Assembly: GCA_903841185.1 (NCBI GenBank)
Contig: CAIMIV010000040.1
Location: 1-42,757 of the forward strand
Reading direction: 5' to 3'
DNA: 42,757 nt
From: an uncultured bacterium
GTDB taxonomy: Bacteria; Patescibacteriota; Minisyncoccia; Moranbacterales; UBA2206
In this document: in pieces, positions 1 through 9,227 of the stretch
Layout of the letters: every line of letters starts with the position of its first letter
How positions within the stretch are numbered: position 1 is the stretch's first letter
Position numbers and translations under genes: made by a program
Notes under the pieces: model-generated
Told to the model about the DNA's origin: nothing
Seen by the model: only the letters and a program-made list of their open reading frames with translations
Databases searched by the model: none

Positions 1-483
1 CACGAAATGGAATTGAAAAATCTCACCTCCGGCGCCACCTACTCGCTCAAAATCAGGGTGCGCGATGAAGCCGGCAACGAAACTGAAGAAACCTTCCCCA
101 GCTTCCAAACCAGCAAAGACGAAACCGCTCCCAAAATTGATCAGATCAAAACTAGCTCGGCTCTCTCCCAAACGGACAAAGTTCAATCCATCATCTCTTG
201 GTTGACAGATGAAGGCGCCACTAGTACTTTGGCCTACCGAGAAGGCAGGGATGGGAAGGACACCACAGTCAACGCCAGTGACAAACTGGCTACCAATCAC
301 ATCTCCGTCATCACCAGTTTCAAACCCGGTACCGTCTATTATTTCCGGGTCAAAGCTCGTGACGAAGCCGGCAACGAATCCACTTCCACCGAGTATGCCA
401 TTTTGACACCAAGGCGAAAAGAAAACATTGTCCAGATTATCCTGGCCAACTTCCAAGATATTTTCAAGTGGGCGCAGAAATAG
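1..483 (+). CDS. Fibronectin type III domain surface protein, 3' part (5' end probably lies before the window)
   Basis: Frame is open from base 1. Two FN3-like strand motifs: LTSGATYSLKIRVRDEAGN and FKPGTVYYFRVKARDEAGN. Confidence 0.75.
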   Translation, partial: HEMELKNLTSGATYSLKIRVRDEAGNETEETFPSFQTSKDETAPKIDQIKTSSALSQTDKVQSIISWLTDEGATSTLAYREGRDGKDTTVNASDKLATNHISVITSFKPGTVYYFRVKARDEAGNESTSTEYAILTPRRKENIVQIILANFQDIFKWAQK

Positions 484-613
484 AACCTTTTGTCCAAAAG
501 GCATCTTTGGTATATAATAGAAATAATTCAGACAACAAACATACAACCAATTCAATTTAATTTTTTTAAAAAGCTTATTTTTTGCGGGAGTCAAAAAATA
601 GGCGGAAATAATT

Positions 614-1303
614 ATGAACGGAGTACAAACTTGGGGAGAGGCGATTACCATGTCTTTGCTAGGGGTGTGGAGTTCTTGCATAACTTTTGTGCCCGTCTTC
701 ATTGGTGCGCTGCTAGTTTTCGTAGTGGGGTGGGTAATGGCGGCGACTCTGGGAAAGATCGTGGAAAAAATTGTGAAGACTCTCAAGGTGGATGACGCTT
801 TCCAGCATATTGGCTGGGGAAATTGGTTGGATGACATCGGGATTAAGTTTAGCGTGGCAGTTTTTATCGGGGGGATAGTAAAATGGTTTTTGGTGCTGGT
901 TTTTTTGATGGCGGCGACCGACATCTTGCAGTTGAAGCAAGTCACGGCTTTTCTTAATAGCATTTTGCTCTATATTCCGAATGTGATCGTGGCGGTGATT
1001 ATCTTGGCTATTGTTTTCTTACTGGGTAATTTTGTCTATCACCTGGTGAAAGGCAGCACTCGAGCGGCCGGTGTGATGTCGGCGGCCATCCTGGCGACTA
1101 TTTCCAAGTGGGCGATTATAATTTTTGGCGTGCTGGCAGCGCTCTTACAGTTGGGCATTGCGGCGTCCCTGGTGAACACTATTTTTATCGGCATTGTGGC
1201 CATGCTGTCACTGGCCGGCGGGCTGGCGTTTGGTCTAGGCGGCCGTGATGAAGCAGCACTACTTCTGCACAAATTACGGGAGGAATTGAGTGAGAAAAAA
1301 TAG
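614..1303 (+). CDS. TM-helix repeat membrane protein, CmpX / small mechanosensitive-channel-like
   Basis: Multiple TM segments. Repeated FVPVFIGALLVFVVGW and YIPNVIVAVIILAI motifs. C-terminal GLAFGLGGRD motif is typical of this family. Confidence 0.75.
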   Translation: MNGVQTWGEAITMSLLGVWSSCITFVPVFIGALLVFVVGWVMAATLGKIVEKIVKTLKVDDAFQHIGWGNWLDDIGIKFSVAVFIGGIVKWFLVLVFLMAATDILQLKQVTAFLNSILLYIPNVIVAVIILAIVFLLGNFVYHLVKGSTRAAGVMSAAILATISKWAIIIFGVLAALLQLGIAASLVNTIFIGIVAMLSLAGGLAFGLGGRDEAALLLHKLREELSEKK

Positions 1304-1323
1304 CCCTTTAACGAGCAACGAAT

Positions 1324-1360
1324 AAAAATACGGCTGAATGAGAAAAAGCCGTATTTTTTT
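1324..1360 (+). terminator. Intrinsic terminator
   Basis: AAAAATACGGCT...AGCCGTATTTTTTT inverted repeat with a T tail after the ORF. Confidence 0.65.
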
Positions 1361-1480
1361 ACATTGAAAGGCAATCAATAATTGGGGAGTTTACTTAGTT
1401 TCTGTAATGCATACAATCCTTTAATTACTGGGCTTTATGAATATTTCAGCCAGTTGTCAATAAGAAAAAAGACAGAGGGG

Positions 1481-1509
1481 TTGACAGGTTTTTCTATCCT
1501 TGCTAAGAT
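1481..1509 (+). promoter_or_regulatory. Sigma70-type promoter for the 23S-5S unit
   Basis: TTGACA (1481-1486), 17-bp spacer, TG-C-TAAGAT extended -10 (hexamer 1504-1509). Confidence 0.7.
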
Positions 1510-1602
1510 GTATTTACGTGCTGAAAAAGAAACTGAAAAACAATCTGGTGAGTAGTTAATAGTTTGCCAAATAAATCTGGCAATTTATTATTTCCGCATC
1601 AG

Positions 1603-1670
1603 CCCCGCACTAACTTTGCATCGGCCTTTGGCCAAATTCACCTTCGGTGAAATGCAAAGTTAGTGCGGGG
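1603..1670. repeat. CCCGCACTAACTTT-family foldback element, copy 1
   Basis: Perfect 19-bp inverted repeat CCCCGCACTAACTTTGCAT / ATGCAAAGTTAGTGCGGGG enclosing two small hairpins. Confidence 0.8.
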
Positions 1671-2443
1671 TCATTGGAACTTTCCCAACTGAATAGATGG
1701 TCTATTACACAACCCTGGTCTTGAGGCAGCGGAAATGAGGTCGCGGGAGTCGTAATTAGTTAATTACAATGTGCTTGCAACGCATGTTGTAATACAGTAG
1801 GTTTATTTTTCTAAATCTTACGCAAGTAAAATTTGGGAAGGTAGAAAAACCCGTAAACTCCGGTTAGCGGAATTACGGGATAAAATTGCAATAGTATAAA
1901 AGTAGTTAGTAAATTAGAAATTGCTAACTGCTAACCAATATAAATTTAAGAGCGGTAATACTAATGCATATGGCGGATGCCTTGACATTAAAAAGCGATG
2001 AAGGACGTAGCTGGCTGCGATAAGCTTCGGGGAAGTGCTAAGCAACTTTTGATCCGGAGATTTCCGAATGGGACAACCCCCTCTTATAGAGGATTCATAA
2101 CTGAATACATAGGTTATGAAAGCGAACCCTGGGAACTGAAACATCTTAGTACCAGGAGGAATATAAATCAATTGAGATTCCGCAAGTAGTGGCGAGCGAA
2201 AACGGAAGAGTCTAAACCGAGTCCTTCGGGATTCGGGGTTGCGAGGTAATTTTACTCGTTTAATCGGGGTTTTTAAATTATTTCCTTAGCAGAACACTCT
2301 GGGAAGTGTGACCATAGCAGGTGATAGTCCTGTATGCGAAAAGGAAATGTTAGAATGTAATTATTCTCAAGTAGGGCGGGACCGGAGAAATCCCGTTTGA
2401 ATCAGGGGCCACTATAGCTCCAAGACTAAATATTTTTAATGAT

Positions 2444-2482
<39 letters not shown>

Positions 2483-3911
2483 TCCCGATGAGGGAGATGA
2501 AATAGAATCTGAAACCATATGCTAACAAAGAGTCAGAGTCGTAGCAATACGATGATGGCGTGCTTTTTGTAGAACGAACCAACGAGTTAATTCTGTATTG
2601 TTTGACTAAGCTACGTTCGTAGTGGAGTCATAGTGAAAGCGAGCCTGAAAGGGCGACATAATAGTACGGATTAGACCCGAAGCCAGGTGAGCTATTTATG
2701 AGCAGGGTGAATTTGGAGTAAAATCCAAAGGAGGCCCGAACCCACGAGCCGTGCAACACTCGGGGATGACTTGTGAATAGAGGAGAAATTCCAATCGAAC
2801 TTGGCGATAGCTGGTTCTTCCCGAAATAGCTTGAGGGCTAGCGTCCATTAAATGAGCACAAGAGGTAGAGATACTGAATGAGAATCCGCGGTTCGCCGTA
2901 GGCTTCTCAACCAAACTCCGAATTCTTGTGTTTCTTATCTGGGCAGTCAGAACTCCGGGGCTAAGCTCGGAGCTCAAAACGGAAACAGCCGAGATCGCAA
3001 TCTAAGGTCCCTAAATTCATATTAAGTGGTAAAGGAGGTGAAGTTTCTTATACACCTAGAAGGTTGGCTTAGAAGCAGCCATCCTTTAAAGAGTGCGTAA
3101 CAGCTCACTAGTCTAGAGACTTCGCGCCGAAAATTCAACGGGGCTAAATATGATACCGAAGATGCGGGTTCAGTACTGCGCTTGCGCAGTATTGTCCGGT
3201 AGGGAAGTGTTCTATGCGTGATGAAGCGGCAGGCGTGAGCCACCGTGGAGTGCATAGAAGTAAGAATGTTGGTATTAGTAACCGCAATGTGGGTGAGATC
3301 CCCACACACCGAAAGTCTAAGGTTTCCTGGGCAATGTTGATCATCCCAGGGTCAGTCGGTCCTAAGGCGAGGTCGAAAGACGTAGTCGATGGACACAAGG
3401 TTAATATTCCTTGACTATTTAACGTCACGGTATGGGAGGACGCAATCTTGTACATTTTGCATCTTATTGGATTGATGTAGACATATTGAGGGTGCTTTCA
3501 TGGTAAATCCGGAAGGTATAGCCCAAGATATGGCTGGAGGTTTCTCTTCGGAGAGACCAACAAAATGGAGCAGGTTGTCTAGAAAAGTCTCTAAACTTAT
3601 CGTTAAATATCCGTACTAAAACCGACACAGGTAGACTGGGCGAGTAGCCTAAGGTGAACGAGTGATCCTCCGTTAAGGAACTCGGCAAAAAAGCTAGACG
3701 TAAGTTCGCAAGATGTCTTCCCTAATAGCAATATTAGGGCGCAGCGAAAGTTTTTCAAGCAACTGTTTACCAAAAACACAGGTCTCTGCAAACCCGTAAG
3801 GGGAAGTATAGGGGCTGACGCCTGACCAGTGCTGGAACGTTAACGGGAGAGGTGCAAGCCAATCCCCGAAGCGCCAGTGAACGTCGGCGATAACTATAAT
3901 CGTCCTAAGGT

Positions 3912-4680
3912 TCTGATCCTGCTTAGGCGGGGTTAGAAAGGACTAGGACGATTATCAGTAGGTAAATATGTTACAAAGCGAAATAAATTACGAAGGGAAA
4001 AGTAGGCGCCTATCCCGAGCAATCGGGATGTAAATCAGCTATATGCTGGAAAGTCTGGAGAATCTGTGGCTACTATGGTACAATTATTCCATATAAATTA
4101 ATGGAAAAAATATGCCAAGTAAAAATGCTTACAGTGCAGATAATCAGCAGGAAAGACTAAAGAATGTTGGTTGGATAGTCGGTTATGTTGATGGAGAAGG
4201 ATGTTTTTCAGTCAGTCTTTTTAGAAATAAGACTACAAAATTCGGGTGGCAAGTGTTTCCAGAATTTGTAGTTACGCAAGGCGAAAAAAGTAAAGAATCC
4301 TTAAAGATTCTTGAAGATTTTTTTCGATGTGGCAAGGTATATGTCAATAGACGATACGATAACCACACGGAAAATATTTATCGCTACTGTGTAAGATCTA
4401 AAAAAGAATTGACCGAAATAATAATTCCTTTTTTCCAAGAACAGCAACTGAGAACAGCCAAAAAAGAAGATTTTAAAATCTTTGCAAAAATTGTTGACAT
4501 GATGAATCGGAATATTCATAGTAGTATGTCAGGCATGGAAAAAATTGCAAAGTTGATTGAAAAAATGAATCATAAAAAATCTTCAAAATTTTTAGAATCC
4601 TCAGAGACTATACGCTGATGCTTTGTTTATCAAAGTAAGATATAGTCCGTTCTCTATGGCGACATAGAGCTAACATAAAG
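3912..4680 (+). mobile_element. Group I intron (IB-like core) at LSU position 1931, E. coli numbering
   Basis: Exons rejoin as CCTAAGGT|AGCGAAATTCC. Terminal G at 4680. Core elements: P ATGCTGGAAA (4043), Q AATCAGCAGG (4142), R TCAGAGACTA (4601), S AAGATATAGTC (4637). P3 ATCAGC/GCTGAT, P7 GACTA/TAGTC, and P8 and P9 hairpins are visible. Confidence 0.93.
4112..4618 (+). CDS. Intron-encoded single-motif LAGLIDADG homing endonuclease
   Basis: WIVGYVDGEGCF motif followed by F-x-V-T-Q, 168 aa, located inside the group I intron. Confidence 0.93.
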   Translation: MPSKNAYSADNQQERLKNVGWIVGYVDGEGCFSVSLFRNKTTKFGWQVFPEFVVTQGEKSKESLKILEDFFRCGKVYVNRRYDNHTENIYRYCVRSKKELTEIIIPFFQEQQLRTAKKEDFKIFAKIVDMMNRNIHSSMSGMEKIAKLIEKMNHKKSSKFLESSETIR

Positions 4681-4958
4681 AGCGAAATTCCTTGTCAGGT
4701 AAGTTCTGACCCGCATCAATGGCGTAATGACTTGAAAACTGTCTCAACGGAGAGCTCGGTGAAATTGCAATGACGGTAAAGATGCCGTCGACCTGCAGCA
4801 AGACGAAAAGACCCCATGGAGCTTTACTACAACTTGGCATTGATTTAGAATTTTAGTTGTCGAGCTTAGGTGGGAGACTATGATATTCCGACGCTAGTCG
4901 GGATGGAGTCACCAGTGGAATACCACCCTGCTGAAGTTTTAAGTCTAACCCTGGACTG

Positions 4959-5125
4959 TTATGAGGAACAAAATTCTTTATACATTCGAACCAGAGGAGA
5001 CAAAAACTAAACGCATAAGTTGTAAAGAAGATATTGACGCTCTTGAGCGAGTGTTAATGTTGATTATTTAGTATTGTCTTTTATGGTTCACAAAAAAAAT
5101 GTATATCGTTTTTAGTTATTCATAC
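4959..5125 (+). other. Intervening sequence / expansion segment in 23S helix 79
   Basis: 167 AT-rich nt inserted between GGACTG and CAGTCC, where E. coli has a short hairpin. Folds as a long irregular stem: TATACATT/AATGTATA, GAACCA/TGGTTC, AGACAA/TTGTCT. Confidence 0.85.
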
Positions 5126-5144
5126 CAGTCCGGGAACAGTGCCT

Positions 5145-5180
<36 letters not shown>

Positions 5181-5400
5181 GGCAACGGAGGCGTTTACAA
5201 AGGTTGGTTAGGTCCGGATGGAAATCGGATTGATAGTGCAAAAGCATAAACCAGCTTTACTGAGAGACCCATCAGTCGATCAGTTACGAAAGTAGAATTT
5301 AGTGAACCGACTATCGCTTATAGGAGCGTAGAAGATCATCAGATAAAAGTTACCCTGGGGATAACAGGCTGATCCCTTCCAAGAGTCCACATCGACGAAG

Positions 5401-5442
<42 letters not shown>

Positions 5443-5446
5443 GAGA

Positions 5447-5487
<41 letters not shown>

Positions 5488-5938
5488 TGAGCTGGGTTCA
5501 AACCGTCGTGAGACAGGTTGGTCTCCTATCTGCTGTGGGCGTCGTTGCTTGAGAAGAGTCTTTCCTAGTACGAGAGGACCGGAAAGAACAAACCTCTGGT
5601 GTACGAGCTGTTCCGCCAGGAGCACTGCTCGGTAGCTACGTTTGGAAAGGATAACCGCTGAAAGCATATAAGCGGGAAGCCTCCTTCAAGATAAGGCAAC
5701 TTTTTCGATTTATTTCGAAATACAATTTCCTAGAAGATGACTAGGTTGATAGGTCTCAGATGCAAGTGCAGTAATGCATTAAGTCGAGAGATACTAATAA
5801 ATTGAAATTACACTCTTAAATTTATTTTTTAGTGACATATAATGTGCAACATTCAACAATTTATTGTCGGGTGTCTCATGTTACTTGTTGCTAAATAGGT
5901 TAGCGGTTAATAGTTTCTAATAATGCCACTGGATCAAT

Positions 5939-5967
5939 TTGATTTGGTGGGGTGATTATGATACTAT
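5939..5967 (+). promoter_or_regulatory. Putative internal promoter in the 23S-5S spacer
   Basis: TTGATT (5939-5944), 17 bp, TG-A-TACTAT (hexamer 5962-5967), 21 nt before ATG 5989. Confidence 0.45.
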
Positions 5968-5988
5968 GTTTACAAGTAAATAAACATT

Positions 5989-6108
5989 ATGAAAGTATTT
6001 TTTACGAAATACGGAGAAAGTCTGAAATTCACTTTTCTAATTTTTTCTGTAATTGCCATTGCAATTTTTTCATTTTTGTTTTTTGCGCCAGTGATTAATG
6101 CATTTTAG
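5989..6108 (+). CDS. Small putative single-pass membrane protein, 39 aa (MKVFFTKYGESLKFTFLIFSVIAIAIFSFLFFAPVINAF)
   Basis: Hand translation from ATG 5989 to TAG 6108. Basic N-terminus followed by a ~20-residue hydrophobic run. Below the ORF-track cutoff. Confidence 0.5.
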   Translation: MKVFFTKYGESLKFTFLIFSVIAIAIFSFLFFAPVINAF

Positions 6109-6180
6109 TCGGTCTGACAGTTAAAAATCAGACTGCGCCTATCGAAAACTAGCAGACCTGTAAAATTAAAAAGAACATCG

Positions 6181-6296
6181 TTTTGGTGGTTCTAGCGAAG
6201 TGGCAACACCCGATCCCATTCCGAACTCGGCAGTTAAGCACTTCAGCACCGATGATATCTAGGCTTTAGTCTAGGAAAAGTAGGACGCCGCCAAAA
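6181..6296 (+). rRNA. rrf: 5S rRNA
   Basis: 116 nt with CACCCGATCCCATTCCGAACTCGG and AAAGTAGG motifs. Terminal stem TTTTGGTGG/CCGCCAAAA is extended by a flanking processing stem. Confidence 0.95.
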
Positions 6297-6359
6297 CAAT
6301 GTTCTTTTTTTGTGGAATTTTTCCACAAAAAAGCCTTATTAAAGTCAAAAACTATCACG

Positions 6360-6393
6360 ACCGTTTGACAAAACGGTTTTTTAGGCGTATAAT
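6360..6393 (+). promoter_or_regulatory. Consensus sigma70 promoter with an operator-like inverted repeat over the -35 box
   Basis: TTGACA (6365-6370), 17 bp, TATAAT (6388-6393). ACCGTTT-GACA-AAACGGT dyad at 6360-6377. Confidence 0.8.
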
Positions 6394-6477
6394 AGACAAT
6401 CACGGTCAAGGGGCTGTGTGGCACAGAGCAACGGGCTCTTTGAAAACTTTAAAACACATACATTACGGAGGTGTGAG

Positions 6478-7080
6478 ATGCAGCTCGGAACCTTAGTTGG
6501 AATCGTAGGGCTGTTGGCAGTCGCAGGTCAAGTATTTTTTGCTAACAGGGATAGTTTTCTCACTGCCTCGCAAATGCAGGCAAGGGGATTCCCAAAAGGG
6601 CTTCCGCTTCTCTACCACGCTGGTATCTGGGGTGATTTGGTTATTTTTACGCCACTTCTGGCAATCATAGTCAGTCTATACAGTGATCGTTGGAGTGCAG
6701 ATGATATTTTCACTTCAGTCGGAATAGGCGTGGTCAGTCTGTGTGTTATGGGATTTATTTGGGTTAAAGCCGCTGAACATGGCTTGCCTGAGGCTCATAC
6801 TTATGGAGGGTCAATGACGACGGCGGGATTGATTCATGGCATGTATTTTGCGGCAGCAGTCGCGATTATCGTGCTCTTCTTTTTTCATTCAGGCATCACT
6901 CAGAAGGCAGCAGTAATTGTGGCTGTTATTTTAGCAGTCCATTTGATTTATGGGACGCACATCGTTCTTGGTCTTTTTGCTCCGAGTTGGTATCCCGATC
7001 GTCCGCATAAGCAAATATTAACCTGGGTAATCGTATTAGTTTGTTGGAGTGCCTTGGTGTGGAGGTGTCTCGCTTTATAA
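6478..7080 (+). CDS. Hypothetical multi-pass membrane protein
   Basis: About six hydrophobic segments and several His residues. Start moved to ATG 6478 because GGAGGT lies 5 nt upstream. Confidence 0.75.
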   Translation: MQLGTLVGIVGLLAVAGQVFFANRDSFLTASQMQARGFPKGLPLLYHAGIWGDLVIFTPLLAIIVSLYSDRWSADDIFTSVGIGVVSLCVMGFIWVKAAEHGLPEAHTYGGSMTTAGLIHGMYFAAAVAIIVLFFFHSGITQKAAVIVAVILAVHLIYGTHIVLGLFAPSWYPDRPHKQILTWVIVLVCWSALVWRCLAL

Positions 7081-7118
7081 ATTCAATTGACTGTAATGTA
7101 ATATATAAGCAGTCAAAA

Positions 7119-7156
7119 TAGGCCTTTGAGGATTTCCTCAGAGGCTTATTTTATTT
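7119..7156 (+). terminator. Intrinsic terminator
   Basis: AGGCCTTTGAGG-ATTT-CCTCAGAGGCTT followed by a T-rich tail. Confidence 0.65.
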
Positions 7157-7184
7157 AAATGGTGAAATGTGCTAGAATGTATTT

Positions 7185-8042
7185 ATGGGAATAATCAACA
7201 ATTTTTTACAAGATAAATACCAAGTAAGGCGAACGAAGATCGTGGCAGTTTTTGCGGCTATTTTTTTGGCCTTGGCCTTTTTCATTTATTTCATGACTAG
7301 GCCGGCACCCAGTTGCTCGGATGGCAAACAGAATCAGAATGAGCAGGGCGTGGATTGTGGCGGGGTTTGCGCAGAAAAATGCGATAAGCCGATTATCATT
7401 GATTTGTCTGTGGCGGAAAAAGGCTTCTTACCTAGTGGAGCCGTGGATGAATTTGATTTCTATGGGAACGTGAGAAATCCCAACAACACTTTTGGCGGGG
7501 GGAAATTTAAATATGAATTTATCCTCAAAGATGCCCAGGGAAATGTTTTGACTACTAAAGAGGGTTATAATTTCATTCTTCCCGGCGAGAGTAAATATCT
7601 AGTGGAAAATAATGTGGCGGTGAAAGGTGTTCCGGCTACTATTGAACTGAAAGTGACTGATGCGCAGTGGGTGGAATTTCAGGAACACTATGAAAAACCC
7701 CAATTGAAAGTGGTCAACAAGAGCTATGGCGAGATTCATTCGGGTGTGGGTTTTAGCGAGGCGTTGGGGCTCTTGAAAAATGAAAGCCCGTTTGACTTTT
7801 CTTTGATTAAATTGGTAATTGTCCTAAAGGATGCTAGCGATAAAATAGTGGCGGTGAATGGCACAGAAATGCGCACTGTGCGTAACGGCGAGAACAGAGA
7901 TTTCCGAGCCTTGTGGTTCAATCGCTTCCCGGGAGAGGTGATTAATGTGGAGGTGCAGGCGGATGCTAATGTCTTTGATTCGGAAACATTTGCCGAGAGG
8001 AATTTTGCTCCTAAATATGTGCAAAAACCCGATTATCGCTAG
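7185..8042 (+). CDS. Membrane-anchored hypothetical protein with a Cys-rich motif and beta-rich extracellular domains
   Basis: N-terminal TM helix, then CSDGKQNQNEQGVDCGGVC, then two similar beta-rich halves. Confidence 0.75.
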   Translation: MGIINNFLQDKYQVRRTKIVAVFAAIFLALAFFIYFMTRPAPSCSDGKQNQNEQGVDCGGVCAEKCDKPIIIDLSVAEKGFLPSGAVDEFDFYGNVRNPNNTFGGGKFKYEFILKDAQGNVLTTKEGYNFILPGESKYLVENNVAVKGVPATIELKVTDAQWVEFQEHYEKPQLKVVNKSYGEIHSGVGFSEALGLLKNESPFDFSLIKLVIVLKDASDKIVAVNGTEMRTVRNGENRDFRALWFNRFPGEVINVEVQADANVFDSETFAERNFAPKYVQKPDYR

Positions 8043-8054
8043 GAGATATTGACT

Positions 8055-9140
8055 ATGAAATTTTTTTTAAAACTGGATTGGATCCTTATGATAGCCGTGT
8101 TGCTCTTACTAGGTGTGGGACTAGTGACTCTATATAGCGTGTCTTCTTTTGACGGTGCTGCGGGACTGAATTATTTTCAAAAACAACTGACTTCTATTGG
8201 CGTCGGTCTCTTGTTATTATTATTTTTTTCCTTTCTGGATTACCGGGTGTTGAATGCCTATAGTACAAAATTATATTTTGTCATCATCGGCAGTTTGGCA
8301 CTGCTTCTCGTTTGGGGGACCACTATTCGCGGGACAACGGGCTGGATTGGTTTTGGTCCTTTTCATATCCAGCCGGTGGAGATGACTAAATTGATCATGA
8401 TTATTTTTTTGGCCAGTTTTCTTTCCAAGAAAAAAACGTATTTGAGTGTGGCGGTGCGAACTGTTGCTTCAATTGTTTTGGTACTTATTCCGGTGCTGCT
8501 TATTTTGAAGCAGCCTGACTTTGGGTCAGCCGCTGTTATTATGGGGATATGGATAGGGATGTTGTTTGCCTCCGGCCTGAATAAGCAAGTGATTTTTAGT
8601 TTGATGTTTGTGGGCGTCATTGGAGCCACTACCGGGTGGTTTGTACTAAAGGACTATCAAAAAGAGCGGTTGGTGAACTTTGTCAATCCAGAGCGGGATC
8701 CCAAAGGCACAGGGTATAATGTGATTCAATCGATTGTGGCTGTTGGTTCGGGCGGAATCTGGGGCAAGGGCTTGGGACATGGCTCGCAGTCGCAACTGAA
8801 TTTCTTGCCGGAAAAACACACGGATTTTATTTTCGCAGTTTTTTCTGAGGAGCTGGGTCTTTTTGGTTCGGGGGTGATTCTCGGTCTTTTTGGACTGCTC
8901 ATTTATCGTATCAAGGAAGCGGCGCGCTTGGCGCGAGACAACTTTGGCTATCTTATCGCTATCGGTGTCATTATGATGCTTTTCTTGCAAGTGCTGGTGA
9001 ATGTGGGGATGAACATCGGGGTGGCGCCGGTGGCGGGCGTGCCTTTGCCGCTTCTGAGTTATGGCGGCAGTTCCATAATTTCCGTGCTGGCTTCCATTGG
9101 CATTATTCAGAGTATTTATTTGCGAAGGATTAAAGCATAA
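8055..9140 (+). CDS. rodA: Rod shape-determining protein RodA (SEDS family)
   Basis: IQPVEMTK, KQPDFGSA, GSGGIWGKG, LPEKHTDFIF and PLLSYGGSS motifs. Confidence 0.9.
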   Translation: MKFFLKLDWILMIAVLLLLGVGLVTLYSVSSFDGAAGLNYFQKQLTSIGVGLLLLLFFSFLDYRVLNAYSTKLYFVIIGSLALLLVWGTTIRGTTGWIGFGPFHIQPVEMTKLIMIIFLASFLSKKKTYLSVAVRTVASIVLVLIPVLLILKQPDFGSAAVIMGIWIGMLFASGLNKQVIFSLMFVGVIGATTGWFVLKDYQKERLVNFVNPERDPKGTGYNVIQSIVAVGSGGIWGKGLGHGSQSQLNFLPEKHTDFIFAVFSEELGLFGSGVILGLFGLLIYRIKEAARLARDNFGYLIAIGVIMMLFLQVLVNVGMNIGVAPVAGVPLPLLSYGGSSIISVLASIGIIQSIYLRRIKA

Positions 9141-9182
9141 AGAGCAGATTGGGGATTTGAATTCGGGACTCATTTTTTAGAG

Positions 9183-9211
9183 TTGACTATTCATGGAGTT
9201 GATGATACACT
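9183..9211 (+). promoter_or_regulatory. Sigma70-type promoter
   Basis: TTGACT, 17 bp, TG-A-TACACT upstream of ORF 9228. Confidence 0.6.
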
Positions 9212-9227
9212 GTCATAGTATAAAAAT

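Noticed and set aside
490-795. 101-aa ORF overlapping the start of the 614-1303 gene
   Set aside because: TTG start, spans an AT-rich promoter region and overlaps a well-supported gene in another frame.
4959-5125. Second self-splicing intron in 23S
   Set aside because: No P/Q/R/S or group II domain V motifs. It folds as a simple extended hairpin.
9143-9172. TTCAAATCC on the minus strand, resembling a tRNA T-loop
   Set aside because: No T-stem pairing or cloverleaf around it. No tRNA gene was found in the window.
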